64,000 nucleotides of DNA from an uncultured Nitrospinota bacterium (GTDB lineage Bacteria; Nitrospinota; Nitrospinia; Nitrospinales; JAJDAT01), in contig CAYFMN010000005.1 of NCBI GenBank assembly GCA_964344185.1, positions 65,516 to 129,515 on the forward strand, written 5' to 3'. Shown here piece after piece: positions 39,872 through 48,956 of the stretch. The notes beneath the pieces were generated by a model. It saw only the letters and a program-made list of their open reading frames with translations, did not search any database and was not told the origin of the DNA. Made by a program: the position numbers and the translations under genes. Positions within the stretch are counted from its first letter, which is position 1; each line of letters begins with the position of its first letter.

Positions 39872-42661
39872 TTAGTCATAGAAGGTCTCTCTGGCGTTGT
39901 AATAGGCTGATCTGTTTTTTCTTTCTTCCATTCTCACAGGTTTTTGGTGCGTTTCATCCAGATGTTTAGAACCTAATTTAACTATAATGGCGCCTCGGAC
40001 GCGAGCGTCCTTTTTCCGAGCAATTTTATAGTTTTTTTCGTCTATTACCGCTTCATTAAGGTTTGCGTGATGGAGAATCGTCGTGCCAAACTCTACGCCC
40101 CTCAAATCCGCTCCAGTGAGATCAGCGGCTCTCAAGTTTGCCATTGAAAAATCGGCTCTGCTAAAATCGGCCTCATGAAAAATAGATTCTGAAAGGTCCG
40201 CGCGTTTAAAACTGGATCTAGAAAAATTAGCCTCGGAAAAATCTAATCGTTTATTTGGATTGTTTTTCGTTAAAATCTGGTTATCAAAATTTAAATCGTG
40301 AAGAAATTGAAATACAAGTCGCGCTGGTAGTTTTTTATATAGAGCAATTCGTTTCAACAATGAAATAAATCCCCGAGGATCTCCCCATTCCACTTTAGTG
40401 GGGTTTTGAACGCTATTTCCACAATGAGCGGAAAAAGCCAGCAACGCCGTTGTTGTATTTGAGAAAAACCGATCCAAATTACCGGGATTATTTTCCATTT
40501 GCAGTTCGGTTAACGCCTCGCGCAATGGAAGATTGTTCCGAACGGCCTCTGACAAAAATAAACCGAATCTAAGTTGTAATGCTTTTATCGCTTCTTGATC
40601 GTGGCGAAATCGTTTTTCTTCGCCTTTTAATAATCTTATAATTTGGTTGTCTAAGAGAATTGGCCCCGTTAGTTTGATCCATTTCAATAAGGCTTGGTTC
40701 AAATTCCAGCCTTCATTGCCGCTAGATTCTTCGTGTCGTATTGTTTGCAATCTCATTTGCCATGCGGTGCCCGATAAACATCTCGCCACTAAATATTTTT
40801 GTAGATTCGGGAAAGAAAAATAGAATAAACGTTCGCCCGTCGGTGTCCATTCTGTTTCAAAAAAACAAGTTGTCATTAAACCTAGAATTGGATCGTCGCA
40901 AGAAAAAACGTTTGATAAAGATTCTAAAGATTCTTTACGATCAGAATCGTGAATGTGGTCTCGAATTTGATTTAAAGTCGCTGCGCCGCCATGGTTATTA
41001 CAGGCGACGGCGATATCCTCTAACAGCCGAAAATAATCTTTTTCTCGAAGAGGCCAGGATTGTTTTAAGAACTTCTTGAATAAATTAAATAACCGCGAAA
41101 AAATTTTTTCATAAATATTGTTGGCATTTTTTTCGCTTATTCCTTCATTTATCGCAATATCCGTCAATGTTTGGTTCATCCAGGGATTGCGAGAGATATC
41201 TTCAAACGGAATTGAATTGAATTTAGATAAGATTTCATCCGCTTTGGTCTCCAGTTGTTTTTGTAACGCGCTTTGCCATTTAATTCGGTTATCAAACGCT
41301 AAAGATTTTGACGCGTTAGCTCTGGTTTTTCGGATATCAAATTCAAATGGCAACAAAGAAAGGCATAAAGCTTTTTCTTTTAACGCTTCAGCGAGCCATT
41401 GCGCTGGAATATTATGAGAAGAAATTGCTATTTTTAAATTTTTGTTTTTATCTTCTTCAATCAATTGAATTATTTTTTTTGCAAACATATCTAAAGAAGA
41501 ACTTGATTCGGAGCTCAACCAAAGATCTTCAAGAAATTCTAAAATCAGGACAGTTTTTCTATCAGGTGGAAATAATCGGGTTTGTTCTTTTTGAAAAAAA
41601 CCTTGCGCTTGTAGACTTTCTAAAACCCCGTTTGCCGGTCCGCTTGTAGAGAGTATTTTTGACGCTGGCACAATAATGGGAAGGTGACTTCCAAACGGAT
41701 TGTTTGGGGAAGCCAGGGAAGCCGCCCATTTTCTAAACATGGTTGACTTTCCTGATCCAGGGGTTCCGGATACAAGAAAAAAAGGCGGAGAATCTTCGCT
41801 TTGAAGCCATTCATCTAAACAATTTTGAGCGTCTTCGATGAAACAAGGTTCCGACCAGGTTTCTTTTGTCATACCAGTTCCTGGATTTGGCCAATACTCC
41901 GCCATAGGGGGTATATAAATTTCTTTTTTTAAGTTAACCGATGGAACTTTATAAGAAACCAGGTTTTTTAAATAGGAAGCAAAATCTTCCTCGATCATGC
42001 GAGCGGAATTAATTTCCGATTTGCAAAAATTAAGAAAAGAACGATATCTGTTAAAATTTTTTGAAGCAATATTGAATAAATTGGATAAAAATAAGTTTTC
42101 GCAAACGGAAATAAAAATTTTGGTCTTCGCTTTTTCAAGGCCGAATTTTTCGATTTGAGCGCCTAACAATCGCCCCAATTCAGGAATGGGAGGATAGCTT
42201 CTTGGTCTGGATTCAATTACCGTCGAAAAAGAATAACTTTCGGCTTTTAAAGAAAGACTTTCAAGTTCTTTGTTGAACTCTATCCAATCACAATTTTCTA
42301 ATTGCGACTTATCCAGCGTTTCTTTGGAAATTCTTGATAAGGCTGTTTGAAAACTTTGGCGGTAGGCGTCTAGTAGCAGAAAAGTATAGGCTTCGCCAGG
42401 TTCTTCCAGTTTGTTTTCCGAAAGTTTTTCAAGAAAAGGTTCGTTTGATTTTTCAAAATTATGAGGTAATTGGAAAAGGCTTCCGGAGGCTATGGTTTTA
42501 CAAAATGCCTTTAAAGGATTTGCAATAGCCAAATCGAAACCGATTAACCATAATTCCTTGCCGGGTAATTCGGTTTTTCCTACTTTATCTTGAAGTGGAA
42601 CGTCTATGGCGAATATCTCCAAATAGGATTGAGAGATAAAATTTTTTAACCGCTTCGTCAA
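39872..42661 (-). CDS. STAND-type P-loop NTPase (NACHT-like) with unknown N-terminal domain and C-terminal pentapeptide repeats
   Basis: 929 aa. Walker A is SGTPGSGKST (encoded at about 41741-41767) and a Walker-B-like segment is VLILEFLEDL. A helical middle region follows. The C-terminus carries pentapeptide (A[DN]LxX) repeats, LDFSEANFSRSSFKRADLSESIFHEADFSRADFSMANLRAADLTGADLRGVEFGTTILHHANLNEA, encoded at about 40030-40270. Confidence 0.75.
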   Translation of the reverse strand: MTKRLKNFISQSYLEIFAIDVPLQDKVGKTELPGKELWLIGFDLAIANPLKAFCKTIASGSLFQLPHNFEKSNEPFLEKLSENKLEEPGEAYTFLLLDAYRQSFQTALSRISKETLDKSQLENCDWIEFNKELESLSLKAESYSFSTVIESRPRSYPPIPELGRLLGAQIEKFGLEKAKTKIFISVCENLFLSNLFNIASKNFNRYRSFLNFCKSEINSARMIEEDFASYLKNLVSYKVPSVNLKKEIYIPPMAEYWPNPGTGMTKETWSEPCFIEDAQNCLDEWLQSEDSPPFFLVSGTPGSGKSTMFRKWAASLASPNNPFGSHLPIIVPASKILSTSGPANGVLESLQAQGFFQKEQTRLFPPDRKTVLILEFLEDLWLSSESSSSLDMFAKKIIQLIEEDKNKNLKIAISSHNIPAQWLAEALKEKALCLSLLPFEFDIRKTRANASKSLAFDNRIKWQSALQKQLETKADEILSKFNSIPFEDISRNPWMNQTLTDIAINEGISEKNANNIYEKIFSRLFNLFKKFLKQSWPLREKDYFRLLEDIAVACNNHGGAATLNQIRDHIHDSDRKESLESLSNVFSCDDPILGLMTTCFFETEWTPTGERLFYFSFPNLQKYLVARCLSGTAWQMRLQTIRHEESSGNEGWNLNQALLKWIKLTGPILLDNQIIRLLKGEEKRFRHDQEAIKALQLRFGLFLSEAVRNNLPLREALTELQMENNPGNLDRFFSNTTTALLAFSAHCGNSVQNPTKVEWGDPRGFISLLKRIALYKKLPARLVFQFLHDLNFDNQILTKNNPNKRLDFSEANFSRSSFKRADLSESIFHEADFSRADFSMANLRAADLTGADLRGVEFGTTILHHANLNEAVIDEKNYKIARKKDARVRGAIIVKLGSKHLDETHQKPVRMEERKNRSAYYNARETFYD

Positions 42662-42777
42662 CGTAGTTAAAATTTGTTATTCCAATGCTTATTTATTTTA
42701 TATTAGAAACTGGTAAAAACGAAAAAAAAGCGGCGTATTGATTTTGTATTCTTGGAGATTTAAAGTCGTTAAAAACT

Positions 42778-42830
42778 TAAAAAAAAACGGATTCTCTGCT
42801 TCCTTTTGTTTGGAAGAGGAATCCGTTTTT
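42778..42830 (-). terminator. Rho-independent terminator downstream of tRNA-Asn (hairpin flanked by A9 and T5, potentially bidirectional)
   Basis: acggattctctgcttcc (42787-42803) pairs with ggaagaggaatccgt (42812-42826) as 8 bp + 5 bp around an internal loop. On the minus strand the hairpin is followed by a run of about 9 T. Confidence 0.65.
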
Positions 42831-42834
42831 ATAA

Positions 42835-42909
42835 TGGCTCCGGAGACAGGACTCGAACCTGTAACACAGCGGTTAACAGCCGCTTGCGCTACCATTGCGC
42901 CACTCCGGA
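42835..42909 (-). tRNA. tRNA-Asn(GTT), CCA encoded
   Basis: Reverse complement is TCCGGAGTGGCGCAATGGTAGCGCAAGCGGCTGTTAACCGCTGTGTTACAGGTTCGAGTCCTGTCTCCGGAGCCA. Anticodon loop is CTGTTAA. Confidence 0.9.
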
Positions 42910-43181
42910 ATGGTATTTGCTAAATCCCTTAAATAGAGATTATTTTTTTTAAGAATTAAAAAAACGACTTAAGTTTGTTTCGTAAGGTCTGTTTTTTTGA
43001 AGTCAAGATGGTATTTCAAACGTAAGCGGTTGTCAAGCGGATTCCTTGAGCCTATATGGAGGATTAAAGGCTGGCGAGCTTTTTAATTAGAGATTTTTAA
43101 ATATTTAATAATTTGTCGCATCGCATAGGTGAAAATAGAGGACCAACTGTTTTAAAGTTGACCCTCTACCGCCACCATGCC

Positions 43182-43382
43182 TCAGTTTGCGGAACAATAA
43201 TTATCAAAGTAAAACTCCAATTCCTTTTTTTTCTTACGATTTTGTTGAGCGGTTGCTTTTGGTTTGCTTTCTCCATTAACGTCTTCAAAAAAAGCGTTCC
43301 AATAGCGTTTACTCAATTCATTACTTGAAATAACTTTTTTTAATTTTCCTTTTCCATCCAACACCTTCACTTGATAAAACAT
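43182..43382 (-). CDS. hypothetical small basic protein (66 aa)
   Basis: The ATG at 43380-43382 is preceded by GGAGGG at 4-nt spacing. Translation is MFYQVKVLDGKGKLKKVISSNELSKRYW...RKKKKELEFYFDNYCSAN. The ORF-track start at 43442 is probably too long. Confidence 0.5.
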   Translation of the reverse strand: MFYQVKVLDGKGKLKKVISSNELSKRYWNAFFEDVNGESKPKATAQQNRKKKKELEFYFDNYCSAN

Positions 43383-43763
43383 AAGACCCTCCGTTCCATT
43401 AGCAGATAACGTACCGATAGATAAAGAGAACCAGAAAAACAAATGATATTATCAATCGTCACTGTAAATGTAGCCTATGTAGAAAAAATCCGGCAAATAG
43501 ATTATATATTAATTTTATTAAATTTAAAGTCTTTTGTTAAAATTAATATATAATTTTTTTCTGATTAAAATTTTGCTTCCATCCTTTCTCAAAATTGTGG
43601 GACAAAGTTTGGCTAGCAATTAAATATTCGTTAGAATAACTATATTATGAGACCTAAAAAAATTTTTGCCAGCTTTATTTACATTTTGTGACAATCTTTT
43701 ATATTTGTAACATATGTGAATTTAAAGGACTTATCTAGATTTTGGAAATAAATGGAGCGTCTG

Positions 43764-44996
43764 ATGAATGAGTTTAAATCGTTTTTAGCAGTAATATTGT
43801 CTTTCGGATTATTTTTATTAATAGGTTGTGAAAAAGAATTAAAAGAACATCCGCTTCCCGAATCCGTTAAGCGGCGTTTAGAAATGGCCAATGATCCGGA
43901 AGTCCAAAAGAAAAAAGTAACGGGAACAATTCAATTACCCGCTGAGATTTCTCAAAAAATTTCTCGGACCGCTTCATTATTTATTTTTGCGCGACCTATT
44001 GGCGTTGAAAGTGGGCCGCCTTTAGCTGTTAAGCGATTAGGCGTGGTAAATTTTCCATTTGAGTTTAATATTGGTCAAATGGATACCATGCTGCAAGGCG
44101 CAGATTTTTCAGGAAAAGTCACTATCTCAGCAAGATTAGATACCGACGGAGTTGCAGGAGGCGGTCCAGGAGATGTGGAAGGAAAAGTCGACGCCACTGT
44201 TGGGGATACTGGAGTTGAAATTATTTTAAATCAAATAGTTGGCGGTGAAAAACAATCAGTAGAAGCAAGTCTTGGCGGCAATCAAGCTATTTTGGGTAAG
44301 ATAGTCTTAGATCCTAAGATAAAAGATTCTGTTCCAAAAGAAGGCTCGCTTTTTGTTTTTGTTAGACCAGAGGGAGTTTTTGGCGGTCCTCCGCTTGCGG
44401 TTAAACGCATGGCGTTTACGGGTTTTCCTCAAAATTTTTCTATTAGCGAGAAGGACGCAATGAGGTCCACGGCTCGTTTTGAAGGAAATCTAACGTTGGC
44501 AGTTCGTTTGGACCAAGATGGCGACGCCCGGTCCGCTCCTGGAGATGTTGAAGGTTCGATGATAACCAAAGGGGGAGTCGACGGACTTGAGTTGGTTTTG
44601 GATAAAGTGATCGGCGCTCCGGTAGAAGATAAAGGCGGTTCTATGGAACCCGTAGAACCTAAATCGATAACGGGCGTTATTGAATTAGATCCAAAAATCG
44701 CAAAAGAGATTCCAATAGAGGATTTAAGATTGTTTATCTTATTGCGTCCTGAAGGGCAGACAAGCGGACCGCCAATGGCCGTTCAGTTGTTTGGCGCAGT
44801 CGAGTTTCCGTTATCATTTGAGATTGGTCAGAAAGATGCGATGATGCCTGGCACGACTGTGGAGGGTCCGGTTGAAGTGATCGTCCGCGTTGATAGAGAT
44901 GGCAACGCCAAATCTTCCCCAGGTGATTTAGAAGGACAAACCAATGCGGTTGTTGGCGATAAAAATATTAAGATCGTATTGGATAAAAAAGTTTAA
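43764..44996 (+). CDS. lipoprotein made of three tandem ~110-aa repeats resembling the C-terminal domain of cytochrome c maturation protein CcmI/CycH
   Basis: Lipobox LLIGC|E. Each repeat reads ...LF(I/V)F(A/V)RP.G...GPP(L/M)AV(K/Q)...FP..F.I...DAM.......G.V.(I/L)..R(L/V)D.DG.A...PGD(V/L)EG... The ORF track starts at 43752, but the ATG at 43764 has a GGAG 6 nt upstream. Confidence 0.65.
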   Translation: MNEFKSFLAVILSFGLFLLIGCEKELKEHPLPESVKRRLEMANDPEVQKKKVTGTIQLPAEISQKISRTASLFIFARPIGVESGPPLAVKRLGVVNFPFEFNIGQMDTMLQGADFSGKVTISARLDTDGVAGGGPGDVEGKVDATVGDTGVEIILNQIVGGEKQSVEASLGGNQAILGKIVLDPKIKDSVPKEGSLFVFVRPEGVFGGPPLAVKRMAFTGFPQNFSISEKDAMRSTARFEGNLTLAVRLDQDGDARSAPGDVEGSMITKGGVDGLELVLDKVIGAPVEDKGGSMEPVEPKSITGVIELDPKIAKEIPIEDLRLFILLRPEGQTSGPPMAVQLFGAVEFPLSFEIGQKDAMMPGTTVEGPVEVIVRVDRDGNAKSSPGDLEGQTNAVVGDKNIKIVLDKKV

Positions 44997-45020
44997 GAGC
45001 TAAAAGCAAAAATAAAAAAT

Positions 45021-45047
45021 GTCACATTGAGGTTCTCGAAATGTGAC
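45021..45047. repeat. short hairpin repeat (TCACATTGAG...CGAAATGTGA type)
   Basis: gtcacattgaggttctcgaaatgtgac, with inverted ends gtcacat/atgtgac. A related copy lies at 45261-45284. Confidence 0.55.
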
Positions 45048-45098
45048 TCCCTTATTTTAGTTCCTTGGAATGTTCTCGAAGTACGACCACCTTTAAAA

Positions 45099-45120
45099 AG
45101 CCGGGCATTCTAGCCCGGCT
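45099..45120. terminator. GC-rich hairpin (possible bidirectional terminator)
   Basis: agccgggc attcta gcccggct, preceded by aaaaa and followed by ttcttcc. The T-run is better on the minus strand, where no gene ends. Confidence 0.35.
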
Positions 45121-45205
45121 TTCTTCCTCTATAATTGAAATAGAAATTAGATTTTAGGTTTATTCGTAAAACAAAGTTTCGCCTAAAGTGATCGGCCAAT
45201 CCGAC

Positions 45206-45244
45206 GTCATTCTGGAGGAGCTTTGAAAAAGCGACGAAGAATCT
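45206..45244. repeat. short intergenic repeat (GTCATTCTG...CGAAGAATCT type)
   Basis: gtcattctggaggagctttgaaaaagcgacgaagaatct. It has the same termini as the copies at 63017-63081 and 63301-63339. Confidence 0.55.
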
Positions 45245-45260
45245 AGGTATCAAAAAAATA

Positions 45261-45284
45261 TCACATTGAGCTTGTCGAAATGCA
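45261..45284. repeat. short hairpin repeat (TCACATTGAG...CGAAATG type), degenerate copy
   Basis: tcacattgagcttgtcgaaatgca. By hand alignment it matches 45022-45045 at about 20 of 24 positions. Confidence 0.5.
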
Positions 45285-45370
45285 ACTTCTTCCATCAGTT
45301 ATCTCGACTGAAGTGAATAGATCCCGTTTTTAGTTTAACAATCCGTTTTGTTTATAACCATCCCTACCGC

Positions 45371-45424
45371 GCGTTATTCCGAGCCCTTCGGCTTTGCTCA
45401 GAATAAACTCCGTCGAGGAATCTC
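45371..45424. repeat. short intergenic repeat (GTTATTCCGAG...GAGGAATCTC type)
   Basis: gcgttattccgagcccttcggctttgctcagaataaactccgtcgaggaatctc, with inner inverted repeat ttattc/gaataa. Confidence 0.5.
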
Positions 45425-45773
45425 GCTTAGATTCAAATAATTGTTATACCAAGGATCTCTTACTTAATTGCGCGACCATAACCAATTTTGTTTTCCAATT
45501 TTTTATTATCAGATCAACTTGGATTTGGCAGGGCAAAGTCTAAGTTAAGCCAATTTTCGTGAGCCCGAGCTTGATTCGGGTATTTTGGAAAACTAAAAGC
45601 AATGGACTATTTTCAGTTTGGTTAAAATATTGAAAGTTTTCCCCTTAATCTTAAAAAACCCTGAATTTCCTCTAGTTATTTTCCTTCCATGTAAAAAGTG
45701 TTTTTCACTGTCCTTCCTCTAGGTTACAATTGTTTCACAACTAAATTTTGTTAATTCCTTTCCAATCATCGCT

Positions 45774-48700
45774 ATGAAACCACTTCGCAAAATCTATTCG
45801 CTTGTTTTCATTCTATTGTTAATCGGAAATTTTGGATGTGGGGCGCCGCATTCAAAACCATATGCTGTTGCTTTAAATAAAGAAGCAAATGAAGCCGAAA
45901 CTTTAGCCGCCTCTGGAAATTATCGTAAAGGAGCGGAAGCATACGAAACCGCTTTAGAAAATTATAAGAAACAAAACAACAACGCAGGTATTTTATATTC
46001 TCTGGGACAAATGGGAATTATGCAAAAACGGGCTGGCGACTACGACGCGGCTTTAAAAACATTTAATGAAGCTAAAAATGTTGGCGTGAAAGTGAATGGC
46101 GATGCGGCGGAAATTGACGCTCATATTGGCGATGTTTATATGTTTATGGGCGATTTTAATAAAGCTCGGACCCAATACAATAACGCTTTGCAAACTCATA
46201 GCGGTTTTGTTTTTCCGACATCCTATGCGGGTCCTCCAAGTAAGGAAGAACTTTCTGAATTGATTCGTAAATCTAGCGCGATTGTCCGTTCGCAAGTTAA
46301 TTTGGGAGCTTTGAATTTATTTGAAGGCAAATTGGACGCCGCCGAAGCCGAGCTTAAAAAAGCGGAAAAATTGACCAAAGATATTTTATACGTTGGTAAT
46401 CATCCTATTTATGGGATGGTGTATAAGCCTGATACAGACGTATTCGAAGGAACAGGTTTTGCTAAAACTTTCCTGGGAGCTGTATACAAAGAAAAAGGCG
46501 ACGCACAAAAAGCGAAAGGCTATTTGCGCGAGGGTATGGCTTCTTTTGAAAAAGGAAACTCCGCTTTTGGAAAATCCGTCAACAGCGCCCTTTCGTTTCA
46601 ATTTGATTGGTTATCCGATTCCCAAAACGCTGAACGAAGAGTCGCCGCTGGCGATTATCCTTCTGCCGTTGCAGAGTATCAAAAACTAATCGGTCGTTAT
46701 AAAGAAAAAGGCGATTTTCGTCGTCAATTGATGGCTATCGAGAGAGCCGGTTGGCTTTTGCGAGAAATGGGTCAATACAGCGACGCCCTGGAATTACTGG
46801 CTCAAGGGGCTGAAATAGGCAGGCAGAAAAACGGCGACGCAGCGGAAATTGACGCTAATATTGGGGACGTTTATTTGTTTGCGGGAAACCGGCAGCGGGC
46901 TATGGAATATTTTGAAAAATCTTTAGCGCCTCACCAAGGATTTTCCATGCCAACGGGTAAAGCCGTTGAAGTTCCTAAAAAAGGCCAAATGTATAACTGG
47001 ATGAGAATCGCAAAAGCGATTATCCACGCTCAGGTCAATCGAGGAACGGTTTATTACTTTAATAAAAATCCGAATAAGGCTCTTGAGGCTTTGGACGAAG
47101 CAAAACAAATGGTTGACGCCGTTTTAGAAACCGCGAACCATCCAATCCGTGGCGTGTTTTATAGAGCCGATTCGGATTTGTATGAGGGTATTGGATTTTA
47201 CCGCGCAATTCGCGGCGCCGTTTTTGGCGAATTGAAACGGTTTGATCAATCTTCCAAGGAATTTGATTTGGCCTTAAAAATGTTTGTGCAGGCTGGCAGA
47301 CCCTATGGAGCTTTGATTACGCGTGCGCTTCGAATTCAAACAGAAACCTTGCAACCTGGCAAGAAGTTTTCCCAATCAGATATTTCCCGATATCAAGGTT
47401 TTTTAGTGGAAGCAGAAATGTTTGGAGCTTTAGATCTAGTTTGGCGAGTGGGTTATAGAGCCGGTTCCCTGTTGGCAAAAAACAAAAATTATGCGGAGGC
47501 AAAAAACTTTTTGGTCAAAGCCGTTGACGCTATTGAAAAGACTCGCTCGAACATTCGCGAAGATACAGTAAAGCAAATGTTCTCCGGATCGGTTCAAGAC
47601 GTTTATGAGGCCATTGTCGGTTTACTATTTGACATGGGAGAATTTTCTGAAGGTTTTAATTATTTAGAAAGAGGGAAAGCAAGAGCTTTCCTGGATATGC
47701 TGGCCGGTAGATCCTTAAAACCGAAAGTCGCCGCCGATCCGCAGATTATTCGTCAAATTGCCGACTTGGATAAACAAATTGAAAAAACGGCGCGAAGTTT
47801 AAAAGCTTTAAAAGGCGCAGAAAAACTTGGCGTTTACAAAAAGTTTAAGAGTTTATTAAAAGAAAAAAGTCGAGCGTTAGAGAAAATTAAAGATCAAAGC
47901 TTAAGTTACGCTTCTTCAATGTCGGTAGCTACCGCTTCGGCGAAAAAAATTCAAAGCTCATTGCCTAAAGGTGCGCTATTGATTTCTTATTTCCTGGAAG
48001 ATTCCCGCGCTGTTATTTGGACTGTCGAGCAAAGTTCGATTGAAGCGACCCTGGCAAAAAACGGCGGAAAGAAGATTGCTCAATGGGCTGCAGATTATAG
48101 AGAAGCTCTAGCTTCTGGCCAAATGCAGTTGGCAGAATCATTGGGAAGCAAACTTTATGATAGTTTAATTCAACCTGTCCGAAGTCGTTTGGACCCAAAA
48201 CAAAAACTTATTTTGGTTCCTTCCGGCGCTTTACATTACTTGCCATTTGCCGGACTTCATGGAAAGGACGGCAAATACCTGATAGAAAATCAAACAGTTT
48301 CTGTGCTTCCAAATGCGTCAAGTTTATTTTACGTTGAAGGGATTATTAAGACCGATAAAGGGAAGATACTTGCTTTTGGAGATCCTCAAAGAGACCAAAA
48401 AGAATCGCGTCTAAAATACGCTAATAAAGAAGTTGAAGCGGCTAGTAAATTATTTCCTAAAAAAATTACTTTAACCGGCGAAAGCGCTAAAGAATCCGTT
48501 TTAAAAAACTTATCAAAAATTGACGCAGAAGTATTACACTTTGCCGTACACGGACGTTTTGATGAACGAGATCCTTTGAAATCTGCATTATTATTAGCTA
48601 AAGATTCTAACGAAGACGGGGATTTAGAAACTTACGAGATATATGGATTGAATTTAAATTCCAATCTTGTGGTTTTAAGCGCTTGCGAATCTGGAATCGG

Positions 48701-48953
48701 TAAGCTTACGCGCGGCGATGAAGTGCAGAGTTTGAATCGCGCTTTTATTTATGCTGGAGCTGGCGGCGTGATAGCCAGTTTGTGGAAAGTTTCCGACGAA
48801 TCCACATTTAAACTAATGACTTATTTTTACGAAGAATTGTCCAAACGCGGACCGGCGGATGCCTTGCGTTTGGCTCAAATAAAATTAATGAAAGAGTTTC
48901 CTTCACCCTATCATTGGGCGGCTTTTTATTTAACCGGTAGATTGGATTCTTAG
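45774..48953 (+). CDS. exported TPR-repeat protein with C-terminal CHAT (caspase-like) protease domain
   Basis: 1059 aa. The N-terminal leader is LVFILLLIGNFGCGAP. Multiple TPR-like pairs follow. The CHAT domain carries a His/Cys dyad context: LHFAVHGRF (His) and LVVLSACESGIG (Cys). Confidence 0.8.
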   Translation: MKPLRKIYSLVFILLLIGNFGCGAPHSKPYAVALNKEANEAETLAASGNYRKGAEAYETALENYKKQNNNAGILYSLGQMGIMQKRAGDYDAALKTFNEAKNVGVKVNGDAAEIDAHIGDVYMFMGDFNKARTQYNNALQTHSGFVFPTSYAGPPSKEELSELIRKSSAIVRSQVNLGALNLFEGKLDAAEAELKKAEKLTKDILYVGNHPIYGMVYKPDTDVFEGTGFAKTFLGAVYKEKGDAQKAKGYLREGMASFEKGNSAFGKSVNSALSFQFDWLSDSQNAERRVAAGDYPSAVAEYQKLIGRYKEKGDFRRQLMAIERAGWLLREMGQYSDALELLAQGAEIGRQKNGDAAEIDANIGDVYLFAGNRQRAMEYFEKSLAPHQGFSMPTGKAVEVPKKGQMYNWMRIAKAIIHAQVNRGTVYYFNKNPNKALEALDEAKQMVDAVLETANHPIRGVFYRADSDLYEGIGFYRAIRGAVFGELKRFDQSSKEFDLALKMFVQAGRPYGALITRALRIQTETLQPGKKFSQSDISRYQGFLVEAEMFGALDLVWRVGYRAGSLLAKNKNYAEAKNFLVKAVDAIEKTRSNIREDTVKQMFSGSVQDVYEAIVGLLFDMGEFSEGFNYLERGKARAFLDMLAGRSLKPKVAADPQIIRQIADLDKQIEKTARSLKALKGAEKLGVYKKFKSLLKEKSRALEKIKDQSLSYASSMSVATASAKKIQSSLPKGALLISYFLEDSRAVIWTVEQSSIEATLAKNGGKKIAQWAADYREALASGQMQLAESLGSKLYDSLIQPVRSRLDPKQKLILVPSGALHYLPFAGLHGKDGKYLIENQTVSVLPNASSLFYVEGIIKTDKGKILAFGDPQRDQKESRLKYANKEVEAASKLFPKKITLTGESAKESVLKNLSKIDAEVLHFAVHGRFDERDPLKSALLLAKDSNEDGDLETYEIYGLNLNSNLVVLSACESGIGKLTRGDEVQSLNRAFIYAGAGGVIASLWKVSDESTFKLMTYFYEELSKRGPADALRLAQIKLMKEFPSPYHWAAFYLTGRLDS

Positions 48954-48956
48954 CGC

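Noticed and set aside
45110-45295. 61-aa ORF (MEEVAFRQAQCDI...)
   Set aside because: It is composed entirely of the short intergenic hairpin repeats and the GC hairpin. There is no RBS, and the peptide motifs (FRQAQCD) are the typical translation artefact of such repeats.
45000-45450. Possible CRISPR array, because several short palindromic repeats lie close together (also at 63000-63350)
   Set aside because: The repeats differ in sequence and length, the spacing is irregular, there are no identical direct repeats and no cas genes. They fit REP/MITE-like elements, not CRISPR.
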